A stretch of 64,000 bases of DNA, taken from the NCBI RefSeq assembly GCF_049723235.1, contig NZ_JBNARB010000002.1, positions 115,535 through 179,534 on the forward strand, given 5' to 3'. A program made the translations under genes and the position numbers. Below the pieces are notes generated by a model. That model searched no databases. It was given only the letters and a program-made list of their open reading frames with translations, and was not told the origin of the DNA. Source of the DNA: Thermovenabulum sp. (GTDB lineage: Bacteria > Bacillota > Thermosediminibacteria > Thermosediminibacterales > Thermosediminibacteraceae). Positions 45,684 through 55,595 of this stretch are shown here, piece after piece; position 1 is the first letter of the stretch, and every line of letters starts with the position of its first letter.

Positions 45684-47228
45684 TCATTTAATTTTTTCCA
45701 CATTAAAACTCACTATATTCCTTTCATCCTTGCTAAACTCCACTCCAATAAGATATATCTCCTCATATTCCCCCAAATACTTCTCAAAATATCTTTTTTC
45801 CTTCAATTGAGCCAAAGCACTACCCTGTGGAATATATTCTAAAACTTTAAACTCAAATATATAAACTTTTTTATTAATAATAACGCTCATATCTATTTTC
45901 CCATAATTTGTTGCATCTTCAGCAATTACTTTAAACCCTAAGGATGAAAAATAACAGTAAAAAACACTCGCATAATATCCTTCATACCCGGCTATATCAT
46001 TTTTCCTATACCATTCCGCAGGTATCGAAGCAAAAAATGAGTAGAAAACTTCCTTCATTTTTTCAAAATCGTTTTCTAAAACCGATTTAAAAAGAGCGGT
46101 TCTATTTATTTCCTTCCTCCTGTAGTCCTCCACAAGATAATTCAATAAATGATTTGTGAGGCTATACCTTACCTCTAAGTTTGGAAAACCGAGTCTGTAT
46201 CTTATTAACCCCTCGTTCCCAAGCTTTTCTTTAATCGTCAAATATCCCGCTTGAAATAAAAGATTTTCAGCATAAATTTGTTCCACATCAAAGCTGCCTA
46301 TAAGTTCCTCTCCGGCTTCTAAATCTTCCATGGAAGGTATGTAATATTTATTGCCAATCATTAGTTTGATCAAAAAAGTAGGAGTGCCCGTCTCAAACCA
46401 GAAAGGGCGGAAGTTTTTTTCGCTTAAGTACAAAAGAACATCGAAAGGATTATAAACGGATTCTCCCAGCCATTTGTAGCCATTGTACCATTCCCTTACC
46501 TTTTTTAAATCAACCCCTTGCAATCTATCCGAAAATACCTTTTCAAATTCCTGCTGCGTATAACCGCAAATGACAGCATATTCGGGATTTAAAGTTATAT
46601 CCTGCAGATTGTTTAAGCCGCTGAATAAGGATACTTTAGAAAATTTGCTTACCCCCGTTATGAAAACAAATTTAATATATTGATCCGCATCTTTTATTAC
46701 GGAATAGAAACTTTTAAGCTCTTCCCTGATTGCCAAAGCCGATTCTTTTTCTTCAATACGGTCCAGAATCGGTTTATCGTATTCGTCTATAAGTATAACG
46801 ACCTGAGCATTATACTTTTCGTATAATTTTTGTATTAGTTCAAAAAACTTCCCCGTAACGGATTCAAATTCTAATTCGATTCCGTACTCCCTGCAGTTTC
46901 TCAGTATTATTTCTTTTTCTATTACCTTTAAATCTTCAACATTACTTACACCGCTGCTCCCAAAGCTGATAGATATTACGGGGTATTTTTTATCCCAATC
47001 CCAATTATTTTCAAGGTAAAGGCCTTCGAAGTATTCCCTTTTGCCAAGGAAAGCCCACCTTAACGTATCCACAAATAAGCTCTTCCCGAATCTCCTGGGT
47101 CGAGATAAAAAGTAATACTTCCCATTGTCAACAAGTTTTTTGACAAAAAAAGTTTTATCAACATAGTAATAAGGTTCTTCCCTTATTACCTTGAAACTTT
47201 GAATCCCGATGGGCAACTTTTTATTCAT
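45684..47228 (-). CDS. AAA-ATPase_like + PD-(D/E)XK (PDDEXK_9-type) protein, paralog A
   Basis: [26 protein letters not shown]...[11 protein letters not shown]; LIDEYDKP; C-terminal YGKIDMSV...IFEFKV. GGGGTGGA RBS precedes ATG 47228; the track starts at GTG 47237. Confidence 0.8.
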   Translation of the reverse strand: MNKKLPIGIQSFKVIREEPYYYVDKTFFVKKLVDNGKYYFLSRPRRFGKSLFVDTLRWAFLGKREYFEGLYLENNWDWDKKYPVISISFGSSGVSNVEDLKVIEKEIILRNCREYGIELEFESVTGKFFELIQKLYEKYNAQVVILIDEYDKPILDRIEEKESALAIREELKSFYSVIKDADQYIKFVFITGVSKFSKVSLFSGLNNLQDITLNPEYAVICGYTQQEFEKVFSDRLQGVDLKKVREWYNGYKWLGESVYNPFDVLLYLSEKNFRPFWFETGTPTFLIKLMIGNKYYIPSMEDLEAGEELIGSFDVEQIYAENLLFQAGYLTIKEKLGNEGLIRYRLGFPNLEVRYSLTNHLLNYLVEDYRRKEINRTALFKSVLENDFEKMKEVFYSFFASIPAEWYRKNDIAGYEGYYASVFYCYFSSLGFKVIAEDATNYGKIDMSVIINKKVYIFEFKVLEYIPQGSALAQLKEKRYFEKYLGEYEEIYLIGVEFSKDERNIVSFNVEKIK

Positions 47229-47388
47229 TATATCCACCCCAGAAGCCGAATTTTTGCTGTCTTTTATACTCCTAAAAATAGGTAAATGGTGAAATAGCGC
47301 AGGTGTAATATAAGTTTAAATCCTCTCTATACTACACTCCCTTAAATTCCGCTTTTCCTCGTCGATCGCTATTCCTACTAAATTTACA

Positions 47389-48498
47389 TTACGTTCCCAG
47401 CATAATAAGCTTAGAAAAACTATCCTTTACTTCCTTATTTGGAAAATCAAGTAAATATCCTTTCTTTTCATTTCTATCCTTAAATGTTAAATACCCCGAT
47501 TGAACGAAAAAAATACTCGGGGGTGCATTCTCTATCTCATACGTCGTCAAATCATAGCTTTTGACATACTCTCCTATTATATCATCTATCTTAACCTTAT
47601 TTTCTTTAATATACTCAACCAAGAACGATGGTGCTCCACTTTCAAACCAATAATTGTCAAACCTCCTTTTGCTAAAAAAATTCAATATAGAAAAGGGATT
47701 ATATACAAAATTTTCCCCATCAAAGGAAAAACCATTGTAATTATGCTTTATCTTCTCCAATAATTCATCTCTTGTAGCCCTCAATTCTTCCGATACCTTG
47801 TTTATATATCCTTCAAAATACCTTTCAAGCTCTTCCTGCGTATACCCCATCATTTGAGAGTATTCTCTATCTATGGTTATATCATTCAAATTATTCAAAG
47901 AAGAGAATATCCCCGCCTTCGTAAATTTTGATATCCCCGTTATAAACACAAACCTCAAATACGGGTCCAAATCTTTTATCGTTGAATAAAAAAGCCTCAG
48001 TATTTCCCTTACCTTTTTTGCTATCTCTGGTTCCATTATATGATCAAGTATGGGTTTGTCGTATTCATCTATTAATATGACTACTTTCCCCCTCTTTGAT
48101 AACTCATACACAAGGTCACTAAACCTCACTATTATATCATCCGTGCGAACTTTTAAACCATACTCTTCATATATCCTTTCAAGCTTCAACAATAACGTTT
48201 TTTCTACACTATCTGCATCCGTTGAGTTTATCTCGGTCATACTTATCTTTATAACGGGATATTCTTTCCATTCCCATTTATCGTATATATAAGTCCCTTC
48301 AAAAAGCTCCTTTTCTCCCTTAAACAAATAAAAAAACGTTGACACCGTCAAACTTTTACCGAATCTCCTTGGTCTTGATATGAAATACGGCGTTGACGAT
48401 GAGGCCAATTCGTATATAAATTTAGTTTTATCTACGTATATATAGTCCCCTTCAACCAGTTTTTTGAAATCCTGTATCCCTATAGGAAGCTTTTTCAC
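47389..48498 (-). CDS. paralog B of the same family, lacking the C-terminal nuclease-like domain (truncated, possibly pseudogene)
   Basis: (M)KKLPIGIQDFKKLVEGDYIYVDKT...ISRPRRFGKSL; LIDEYDKP. It ends at a position equivalent to ~aa 365 of paralog A. GAGGTG lies 6 nt before GTG 48498. Confidence 0.7.
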   Translation of the reverse strand: MKKLPIGIQDFKKLVEGDYIYVDKTKFIYELASSSTPYFISRPRRFGKSLTVSTFFYLFKGEKELFEGTYIYDKWEWKEYPVIKISMTEINSTDADSVEKTLLLKLERIYEEYGLKVRTDDIIVRFSDLVYELSKRGKVVILIDEYDKPILDHIMEPEIAKKVREILRLFYSTIKDLDPYLRFVFITGISKFTKAGIFSSLNNLNDITIDREYSQMMGYTQEELERYFEGYINKVSEELRATRDELLEKIKHNYNGFSFDGENFVYNPFSILNFFSKRRFDNYWFESGAPSFLVEYIKENKVKIDDIIGEYVKSYDLTTYEIENAPPSIFFVQSGYLTFKDRNEKKGYLLDFPNKEVKDSFSKLIMLGT

Positions 48499-48555
48499 TC
48501 TTTTCACCTCTATTTATACAGTTCATCCATTTAATAAAAAAATTCTCTTAGTATA

Positions 48556-48583
48556 ATTTTACCATTTATAAAATTTAAAACAA
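48556..48583 (-). promoter_or_regulatory. sigmaA-type promoter cassette of paralog B (repeated with the relics)
   Basis: The minus strand reads TTGTTT-N16-TAAAAT with a TGg extended -10. The same sequence recurs at 43469-43514 and, with an indel, at 50991-51030. Confidence 0.5.
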
Positions 48584-48619
48584 TTTTTTAAAGAAAAATC
48601 CTTTAATAATTGTACTGAC

Positions 48620-48820
48620 CCCCGGTTATTTGGACTTAAACGACCAAAACACCTCGACTCGCAGGAAAAAGCAAAAAAGGTCAAAATAAATGGGAAAAAT
48701 AATGAAAACTATAAAATTCATTATTCCCTTTTTTCAAAGAGAGGATTTTCAAAGGAGTTTATAGAATATGCTAAAGAAAATAAAAATATCTATCTTTTTA
48801 CATTAGAAGATATAAAGTGA
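48620..48820 (+). pseudogene. C-terminal remnant of a DUF234-type ATPase gene
   Basis: The frame reads ...KKVKINGKNNENYKIHYSLFSKRGFSKEFIEYAKENKNIYLFTLEDIK*. The y.lFSk.GF...l.e.a...nv.L..l.di tail resembles DUF234 proteins (from memory). No start codon. Confidence 0.4.
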
Positions 48821-48871
48821 TGAATAATATTGTGATATAATAATCTCAACCAAATATTAAGGGGTGATAAA

Positions 48872-50521
48872 TTGCTTTTACCTTCAGGTATAGATGATTT
48901 TAAAACCATAATCGAGGGAAATTATTACTACGTAGACAAAACCGGGCTCATTAAAGACCTGCTCCTTGACGGTGCAAACGCAATCCTAATTACCCGCCCC
49001 AGAAGATTTGGAAAAAGCCTCAACTTTTCTATGATAAAATACTTCTTTTCCAATGAAAAAGACTACTCCTACCTTTTCAAAGGCATGAAGATATACAATG
49101 ACCCCATCGCTTCAAAACATATGAATAAATACCCGGTAATACATATCACTTTTAAGGATGCTAAAGCAAATTCCTGGGAAGATACTTTCGAAGTTTTAAA
49201 AAGTGCTATATCAAAAGAGTATGATAAATTTAGCTACCTTTTAGAATCAGAAAAGCTAAAAGACCATCACAAAAAATATTTTTTAAAAATACTGCAAAAA
49301 GAAGCAGAACCTGCGGACTACCGGGAAAGTCTTTCTAATCTATCGTATTACTTAGAAATCCATTTTCAAAGCAAAGTAATCCTCCTCATTGACGAATACG
49401 ACGTTCCTATAGAAAGCGGATATGTAAACGGATACTATGAAAAAGCGGTTGACTTTATGCGGGGTATGCTCACCGCCGCCCTTAAAGGAAACACATCTTT
49501 ATTCAAAGGTCTCTTAACAGGTGTCTACAGGGTCGCAAAGGAGGACATCTTCTCGGGCCTGAATAACCTCGTAGTATACACAGTCCTCGACGACTTTTAT
49601 TCCTCTTATTTCGGCTTTACCGACGATGAAGTAAAGAAAATGCTCTCAGACTTTAACATGCTGGATAGATATGAAGAAATAAAGGAATGGTATAACGGAT
49701 ACAAATTCGGTAATACCGACGGCATATACAACCCATGGAGCGTTATAAACTACATTTCTCTTAAACAACCCCAGGCTTTTTGGGTAAACACTTCCAGCAA
49801 TGATTTGATAAGAAACCTTATTGTAAAAAGTAGTACGGATATAAAAGAACAGATATCAAAACTTATATCCGGAGAAGTCATAGAAAAGGATATAAAAATC
49901 TCTACAGCCTTAAGGGATATAACTTACGACAAAGAGGCTATATGGAGCTTATTCCTATTTGCGGGATATCTTACCGCACAGGAAAAGTCTATAAAAGGAT
50001 TAAAGGCCTATTGTAAAATTTTAATACCGAACAGGGAGTTAAAGGAATTATACGTTGATATATTTGAAACATGGCTAAAAAGCATGAATCTTGAGCCTAA
50101 CAGCGTTGAAAGGCTTATTGAACACCTTTTTTCCCAAGATGAAAAATCCTTCGAAAGGGAGTTTAATGAAATCCTTATAAAAGTTTTAAGCTACCACATG
50201 TTAGGAAATGAAGCGGAAAGGGTGTATCAGGCTTTTGTCCTCGGGATGCTGAGCGTCCTCGGCGACAGGTTTGAAGTAAAATCCGAAAGGGAAAGCGGAT
50301 TTGGGCGATATGATGTTGTTGTGATAGATAAAAAATTGCCAAGAGCTGTAATAATAGAGTTTAAAGTATCAGAAGATGAGGATTTAGAAAAAACAGCTTT
50401 AAAAGCCCTGGAGCAGATTGAAGAAAAAAGATACGACGTAGATTTAAAGGAAAGGGTTAGCGAAGTTGTTAAAGCCGGTATTGCTTTAAAGGGAAAAAGT
50501 GGGAGGTGTAAGATAGTGTAA
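48872..50521 (+). CDS. AAA-ATPase_like + PD-(D/E)XK protein, paralog C
   Basis: 549 aa. LLPSGIDDFKTIIEGNYYYVDKT...ITRPRRFGKSL; LIDEYDVP; GRYDVVV...IIEFKV. TTG start after AAGGGGTGA. Confidence 0.8.
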   Translation: MLLPSGIDDFKTIIEGNYYYVDKTGLIKDLLLDGANAILITRPRRFGKSLNFSMIKYFFSNEKDYSYLFKGMKIYNDPIASKHMNKYPVIHITFKDAKANSWEDTFEVLKSAISKEYDKFSYLLESEKLKDHHKKYFLKILQKEAEPADYRESLSNLSYYLEIHFQSKVILLIDEYDVPIESGYVNGYYEKAVDFMRGMLTAALKGNTSLFKGLLTGVYRVAKEDIFSGLNNLVVYTVLDDFYSSYFGFTDDEVKKMLSDFNMLDRYEEIKEWYNGYKFGNTDGIYNPWSVINYISLKQPQAFWVNTSSNDLIRNLIVKSSTDIKEQISKLISGEVIEKDIKISTALRDITYDKEAIWSLFLFAGYLTAQEKSIKGLKAYCKILIPNRELKELYVDIFETWLKSMNLEPNSVERLIEHLFSQDEKSFEREFNEILIKVLSYHMLGNEAERVYQAFVLGMLSVLGDRFEVKSERESGFGRYDVVVIDKKLPRAVIIEFKVSEDEDLEKTALKALEQIEEKRYDVDLKERVSEVVKAGIALKGKSGRCKIV

Positions 50522-50943
50522 AAGCCCGCCAATGCGGGCTATTTTCATTTAATTTTTTCCACATTAAAACTCACTATATTCCTTTCATCCTTGCTAAACT
50601 CCACTCCAATAAGATATATCTCCTCATATTCCCCCAAATACTTCTCAAAATATCTTTTTTCCTTCAATTGAGCCAAAGCACTACCCTGTGGAATATATTC
50701 TAAAACTTTAAACTCAAATATATAAACTTTTTTATTAATAATAACGCTCATATCTATTTTCCCATAATTTGTTGCATCTTCAGCAATTACTTTAAACCCT
50801 AAATATAAGCTTTCCCCGAATCTCCTGGGGCGGGATAAAAAGTAATACTTCCCATTGTCAACAAGTTTCTTGACAAAAAAAGTTTTATCAACGTAGTAAT
50901 AAGGTTCTTCCCTTATTACCTTGAAACTTTGAATCCCGATGGG
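50518..50943 (-). pseudogene. internally deleted copy of paralog A (3' 285 bp + 5' ~130 bp, start codon lost)
   Basis: 50518-50802 is base-for-base identical to 45657-45941. 50815-50943 matches 47085-47213 with 4 mismatches. The ~1.1 kb in between is absent. Confidence 0.85.
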
Positions 50944-51139
50944 TGTTTCTTATACACTCTCCTAAAGCTATGTATTTAACATTATTTACAGTATAATTTT
51001 ACCATTTATAAACAATTTTTTGCAAAAAATCTTTCTAACCAAATACCGCAAATCACATCAAATTATATATTATAGTTTTAACCATTTATTCGAAAATAAA
51101 ATAGAATAAATCAGACTCTACATAATGGTTATTTATATA

Positions 51140-51168
51140 TTGATATAAATAGTCAATTTGCATATAAT
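51140..51168 (+). promoter_or_regulatory. sigmaA-type promoter of the antitoxin-toxin operon
   Basis: TTGATA (51140-51145)-N17-TATAAT (51163-51168), ~30 nt upstream of the start. Confidence 0.5.
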
Positions 51169-51197
51169 AATATTAACCAAAATAGGAGGTGTGATTG

Positions 51198-51437
51198 ATG
51201 AGAGTGACCTCATCAGAATTTAAAATGCGAGCGGGTAAGTATTTGAAACTCGTCGAAAAAGAACCTATTATAATCACCAAAAATGGTAAAGAAATAGCCA
51301 AACTCGTCCCAATAAATCAAAAAAATAAAAATAAAACCGATTTTTTATATGGACTTCTAAAAAATTACAAAGAAAAAGATTATACTTTGAAGCAGATCCG
51401 AAATGAAAGGATAAAAAAATATGAAAATAATGATTGA
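51198..51437 (+). CDS. Phd/YefM-type antitoxin
   Basis: MRVTSSEFKMRAGKYLKLVEKEPIIITKNGKEIAKLVPI is a typical N-terminal antitoxin fold signature. AGGAGGTG lies 6 nt before ATG 51198. Confidence 0.75.
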   Translation: MRVTSSEFKMRAGKYLKLVEKEPIIITKNGKEIAKLVPINQKNKNKTDFLYGLLKNYKEKDYTLKQIRNERIKKYENND

Positions 51438-51825
51438 CACAAATGTAGTCCTCGACCTTCTGCTAAAAAGAAAACCTTTTGATGAGGCAGCTTATAAAAT
51501 TTTTAAATTATCTGAAGAAGAAAAAATAGAGGCTTTCATAGCCTCTTTTGCCATTACCGATATTTATTATTTTATAAGAAAAGAACTCTCTCATGAAATT
51601 TGTATAGAAGCTATAACTACCTTAATGGAAATTGCAAAGCCGGTTAGCATCGCAAAAAAAGACATAGAAAAAGCGCTTAGATTTTCAGAATTCAACGATT
51701 TTGAAGATGCGCTCCAGTTACAGTGTGCAAAAAAAATAAAAGCTGATTATATAGTAACAAGAGACGAAAGATTTTTAAAACTAACTAATAAAGCAATTAC
51801 TCCTGATGAGTTTTTAAGACTCTAG
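51421..51825 (+). CDS. vapC: PIN-domain toxin (VapC-like)
   Basis: 134 aa. IDTNVVLD (first acidic residue), later E and D residues (FEDALQ, TRDERF). It overlaps the antitoxin stop. Confidence 0.75.
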   Translation: MKIMIDTNVVLDLLLKRKPFDEAAYKIFKLSEEEKIEAFIASFAITDIYYFIRKELSHEICIEAITTLMEIAKPVSIAKKDIEKALRFSEFNDFEDALQLQCAKKIKADYIVTRDERFLKLTNKAITPDEFLRL

Positions 51826-51826
51826 G

Positions 51827-51857
51827 AAAAATAGCCCGCTTTAAAAGCGGGCTTTTA
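51827..51857. terminator. bidirectional terminator between vapC and galU
   Basis: AGCCCGC-tttaaaa-GCGGGCT with A/T flanks. Confidence 0.7.
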
Positions 51858-52721
51858 CTTTCCAAGCAGATTGATCAAATAATCCCTGAATATTCCGTTT
51901 AAATCCTCCCTTTTTAACGCAAACTCCACCGTTGCCGCAAGGTATCCCATCTTGTCCCCCACATCATATCTTTTCCCTTCAAAATTGTAAGCGTACATCA
52001 CTTCATAGTCCAAAAGCCCTTTTAGGGCATCGGTGAGCTGTATCTCCCCGCCCCTGCCTGGCCTGGTATTTTCGAGGATCTCGAAAATCCTGGGTGTTAT
52101 TATATACCTTCCTAGTATCGCAAGGTTTGACGGCGCATCCTCAACGGAGGGCTTTTCCACCAAGTTTTCCACCTTATAAATCCTTTCATCTATGGGCTTT
52201 GCATCTATTATCCCGTATTTTGTAACATCCTCCCTTTTTACCTCCTGCACCCCTATAATACTGCAGTTATATTTTTCATAGACCTTTATCATCTGCTTTA
52301 ATACGGGCACTTCTGAATCTATCACATCATCACCCAAAAGCACCGCAAAGGGTTCATTTCCCACAAACGTTTTTGCACAGTAAACCGCATGCCCGAGCCC
52401 CCTCGGCTCCTTTTGCCTTATGTAGTGGATATCCGCAAGGTTTGATATATCCTCAATGAGTTTTAAAAGCTCGCCGTTTCCCTTTTTCTTGAGCTCAAGC
52501 TCCAGCTCCACATTCCTGTCAAAGTGGTCCTCAATAGCCCTTTTATTCCTGCCTGTGATTATAAGTATTTCCTCTATGCCCGACTTTACCGCTTCCTCCA
52601 CAATATACTGTATCGTGGGCTTGTCTATGATAGGAAGCATTTCTTTAGGTTGAGCCTTGGTTGCAGGCAAAAACCTCGTCCCAAGCCCCGCAGCGGGAAT
52701 AACCGCTTTTTTTATCTTCAC
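51855..52721 (-). CDS. galU: UTP--glucose-1-phosphate uridylyltransferase
   Basis: (V)[33 protein letters not shown] start 52721 has a GAGGGGG RBS and a GTGA overlap with the upstream stop. The track ORF's extra 46 N-terminal codons overlap the murJ-like gene. Confidence 0.9.
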   Translation of the reverse strand: MKIKKAVIPAAGLGTRFLPATKAQPKEMLPIIDKPTIQYIVEEAVKSGIEEILIITGRNKRAIEDHFDRNVELELELKKKGNGELLKLIEDISNLADIHYIRQKEPRGLGHAVYCAKTFVGNEPFAVLLGDDVIDSEVPVLKQMIKVYEKYNCSIIGVQEVKREDVTKYGIIDAKPIDERIYKVENLVEKPSVEDAPSNLAILGRYIITPRIFEILENTRPGRGGEIQLTDALKGLLDYEVMYAYNFEGKRYDVGDKMGYLAATVEFALKREDLNGIFRDYLINLLGK

Positions 52722-54265
52722 GAAAAATACCCCCTCACCTTTGATAAAATAAAATCTACCTCTTTTATCCTCATAAAAAGGATAATTATAAAATACACAG
52801 CCGCCCCAACAAAAATGGCAGATAAAAGCGAAAAAACCCCTCCGAGTATACTGTAACATTTAACATAAAATAACTTTGCAACTGCCCCCATCACCAACGA
52901 AGCAGTAACTACTTTTAAAAAGGTAAATACCATATCCTTCATTCCATAAGAGCCTATCTTCTTTTTTAAACTCAAAAACAAAAGTCCGGTGCAAAAAAGG
53001 TTGGAAATACTCGTAGCAAGGGCTATACCGCTTATCCCCATAAACTTAGAAAGGGTAATGTTTAATATTATATTCAAAACCACCGCATACACCGAATTTA
53101 TCATCGGGGTCCTGGTATCCTGCAGGGAATAAAAAGCCCTTGAAAGAATAGTCCTTGCCCCTACCCCGGTCATCCCCAAAGAGTAAAAAAGAAGCGCTCC
53201 GGAGGTTAAAACCAAAGCCCTATTATCAAAGGCTCCCCTGCCGTAGACAAGCTTTGTTATGGGAACGGAAAAAATAAAAAGCCCGACGGTAGCAGGTACG
53301 AGGAAAACATTTATCAAATTTATATTCTCCCCTATAACCCTCTTAAATCCTTTTATATCCTCCGATGCCACCATCTTAGTAATCAAAGGGTACATTACGG
53401 TAGAAAGGGAATTTACAAAAATATCCTGTATAAAGCCGTTCAACCTGTTTGCATAATTTAAAGCAGATATACCGCCCACCACTATCCCCGATGCAATGGT
53501 CCTGTCTATTAAAACATTCAGCTGGCTTACCGATGTGCCGAGCATAACGGGTATAGAAAGGCTTATTATCTTTTTTAAATATTCATCCTTAAAATCCAAA
53601 AAAAATCTATAAAAAAAACCCTTTTTCAAAGAAAAAATAAAGACCAGAAGAAACTGAGAAGCAATGGCAATAACGCTTCCGAAAGATAGTATATATAAAT
53701 AATTCAATTTTTTACTCAAAAATATGGATAAGATAACCAATATACTGTATGGAAAACCAACAAGGGCAGGGATTACAAAATTCCCTTTAATCTGCAAAAA
53801 ACTGCTGAAAATATATGTAAGCCCGGTAAAATAAACTCCGAATACCGCTATCTTCGTGAAAGCAACTGCCATTTTAAAAGTTTCCTCTTTAAAACCCGAA
53901 GCAAAAAGCCTTACCACCGGTGCGGTAAAGGATAAAACAAATAATGCTAAAATTGTTGCAATTAATATAACAAAATTTACAATGTTATTCGTAAACCTTA
54001 AGGCTTCCCTTTCGCCTTTTTCTTTTGCAATACTTCCCATCAAAGGAATATAACTTGTCCCAAGGGCACCACTCAAAAAAGAAAAAACCACCGCAGGGAT
54101 GGTTAGGGATATCAAATAAGCATCACTTATGTTTGACGCCCCGTAAAAATACGAAAGCACCGTTTCCCTTGCAAAACCCATAAACTTTGATGTTATAGAT
54201 ATTATAATTAATATAAATGCTGTTTTTTGCAATGGTAGACACCTCGAATGTTTATTTAAATACAT
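52718..54265 (-). CDS. murJ: MurJ/MviN-family (MOP superfamily) lipid-linked glycan flippase
   Basis: ~14 TM segments and the [10 protein letters not shown]-terminal block. A better start is probably TTG 54232 (GAGGTG 7 nt upstream). Confidence 0.8.
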   Translation of the reverse strand: MYLNKHSRCLPLQKTAFILIIISITSKFMGFARETVLSYFYGASNISDAYLISLTIPAVVFSFLSGALGTSYIPLMGSIAKEKGEREALRFTNNIVNFVILIATILALFVLSFTAPVVRLFASGFKEETFKMAVAFTKIAVFGVYFTGLTYIFSSFLQIKGNFVIPALVGFPYSILVILSIFLSKKLNYLYILSFGSVIAIASQFLLVFIFSLKKGFFYRFFLDFKDEYLKKIISLSIPVMLGTSVSQLNVLIDRTIASGIVVGGISALNYANRLNGFIQDIFVNSLSTVMYPLITKMVASEDIKGFKRVIGENINLINVFLVPATVGLFIFSVPITKLVYGRGAFDNRALVLTSGALLFYSLGMTGVGARTILSRAFYSLQDTRTPMINSVYAVVLNIILNITLSKFMGISGIALATSISNLFCTGLLFLSLKKKIGSYGMKDMVFTFLKVVTASLVMGAVAKLFYVKCYSILGGVFSLLSAIFVGAAVYFIIILFMRIKEVDFILSKVRGYFS

Positions 54266-54384
54266 TTTCTATAGTAAATACTTAATTAATTAATTTACAA
54301 CTACTTCTCGCTTAATATATTGTTTAAAAATATATTTTTTTATCTTAGATAAAAAATATAAAATTTAATTTTCTCATTAACAAT

Positions 54385-55500
54385 CTAAATTAACGACATT
54401 GTCTTTAAAATAATATTATTAACCGTATTTACATCATATTTCATTTCCGCAATTTTCCTACTTTCTTTTCCCATTGAAATTATTAAATCAGGGTTTTGAA
54501 TAAATTTTTCCATTGCTCTTGCAAGTGAGTATGGGTCTTTTGTAGGAACTAAAAAACCATTAACTCCTTCTTTTACTGTTTCCTTGCATCCTGGTGCATT
54601 CGTAGTAATTATAGGCCTTCCCATAGCCATAGCCTCGAGAATAGAACGCGGTGTACCCTCTCTATAATAAGATGGCAAAACGTATACACTTGAATTTGCA
54701 ATATATGGCCTAACATCTTCTGTTTCTCCTAAATATTCTATAATACCTTCAGAAATCCATTTTTCAACATCATTTTTTTTAATAGCCGCTGGATTACTAT
54801 CGAAAGGCCCAAGTAGTTTAAAAGAAACTTCTGGATGACGAGATTTGAGCTTTCGAGCAGCTTCTACATATACTCCAATTCCTTTATCCCATATCAATCT
54901 GGCAATAAGTAAAAAAGATAAAGGTTTAATTGGTGGGCTCACGTAATAAAACCTATCTATGTTTACTCCTGAACCATTTATCAACACAGCTTGTGTACGA
55001 TTGTCTAATATTTTCTCGCTTCTAAAAAATTCCATATCGTCAGGATTTTGGAAAAATACAGCTTTATTATTTTTCAAAGCTTCTTTGTATAAGATTTTTA
55101 CAACTTTCTTTAAAATACCCTCTTTTCCTTTGTCTCTTGTAAACACATAACCTAATCCAGTAATCATTGAATAGACTGCCTCAACCTTTAAAATTCTTGC
55201 GGCAAGAGAACCGTAAATTACAGGTTTAATTGCATATGATAAAACAATATCAGGTTCAATTTTATTAATTACTTTTATCAAACTTAATAATGTCTTTAAA
55301 TCTTTAGCGGGATTACCTCCAGTTCGATCTAAGGGTATTTGAATAAACTCTGCTCCCAGTTTCTTCAATTCATTTTCATAACCTTTTTCCGGCCCTAAAG
55401 CAATTACATCATGCCCAAGCTTTGATATAGATTTAATTAAATCCCCTCTAAAATTTATCAAAGATTTAGTATAATGGGATACTACTATAATTTTTGCCAA
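54385..55500 (-). CDS. GT4-family glycosyltransferase
   Basis: EGTPRSILEAMAMGRPIITT (E-x7-E region). TTG 55500 is preceded by GGGAGGGGGG at 8 nt; the track starts at 55542. Confidence 0.8.
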   Translation of the reverse strand: MAKIIVVSHYTKSLINFRGDLIKSISKLGHDVIALGPEKGYENELKKLGAEFIQIPLDRTGGNPAKDLKTLLSLIKVINKIEPDIVLSYAIKPVIYGSLAARILKVEAVYSMITGLGYVFTRDKGKEGILKKVVKILYKEALKNNKAVFFQNPDDMEFFRSEKILDNRTQAVLINGSGVNIDRFYYVSPPIKPLSFLLIARLIWDKGIGVYVEAARKLKSRHPEVSFKLLGPFDSNPAAIKKNDVEKWISEGIIEYLGETEDVRPYIANSSVYVLPSYYREGTPRSILEAMAMGRPIITTNAPGCKETVKEGVNGFLVPTKDPYSLARAMEKFIQNPDLIISMGKESRKIAEMKYDVNTVNNIILKTMSLI

Positions 55501-55595
55501 ATAGAAATCCCCCCTCCCTACAAGACATATAAAATTTATCATGTGTAAATCGAAGGACCAAGAAGATTTAGTAAAGATCCTTCCGAAAATAACTA

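Noticed and set aside
52722-52859. 46-codon N-terminal extension of galU in the ORF track (overlapping the murJ-like gene).
   Set aside because: The conserved GalU N-terminus begins at the GTG at 52721, which has a strong RBS and a GTGA stop/start overlap. The extension has no homology and lies inside the upstream gene.
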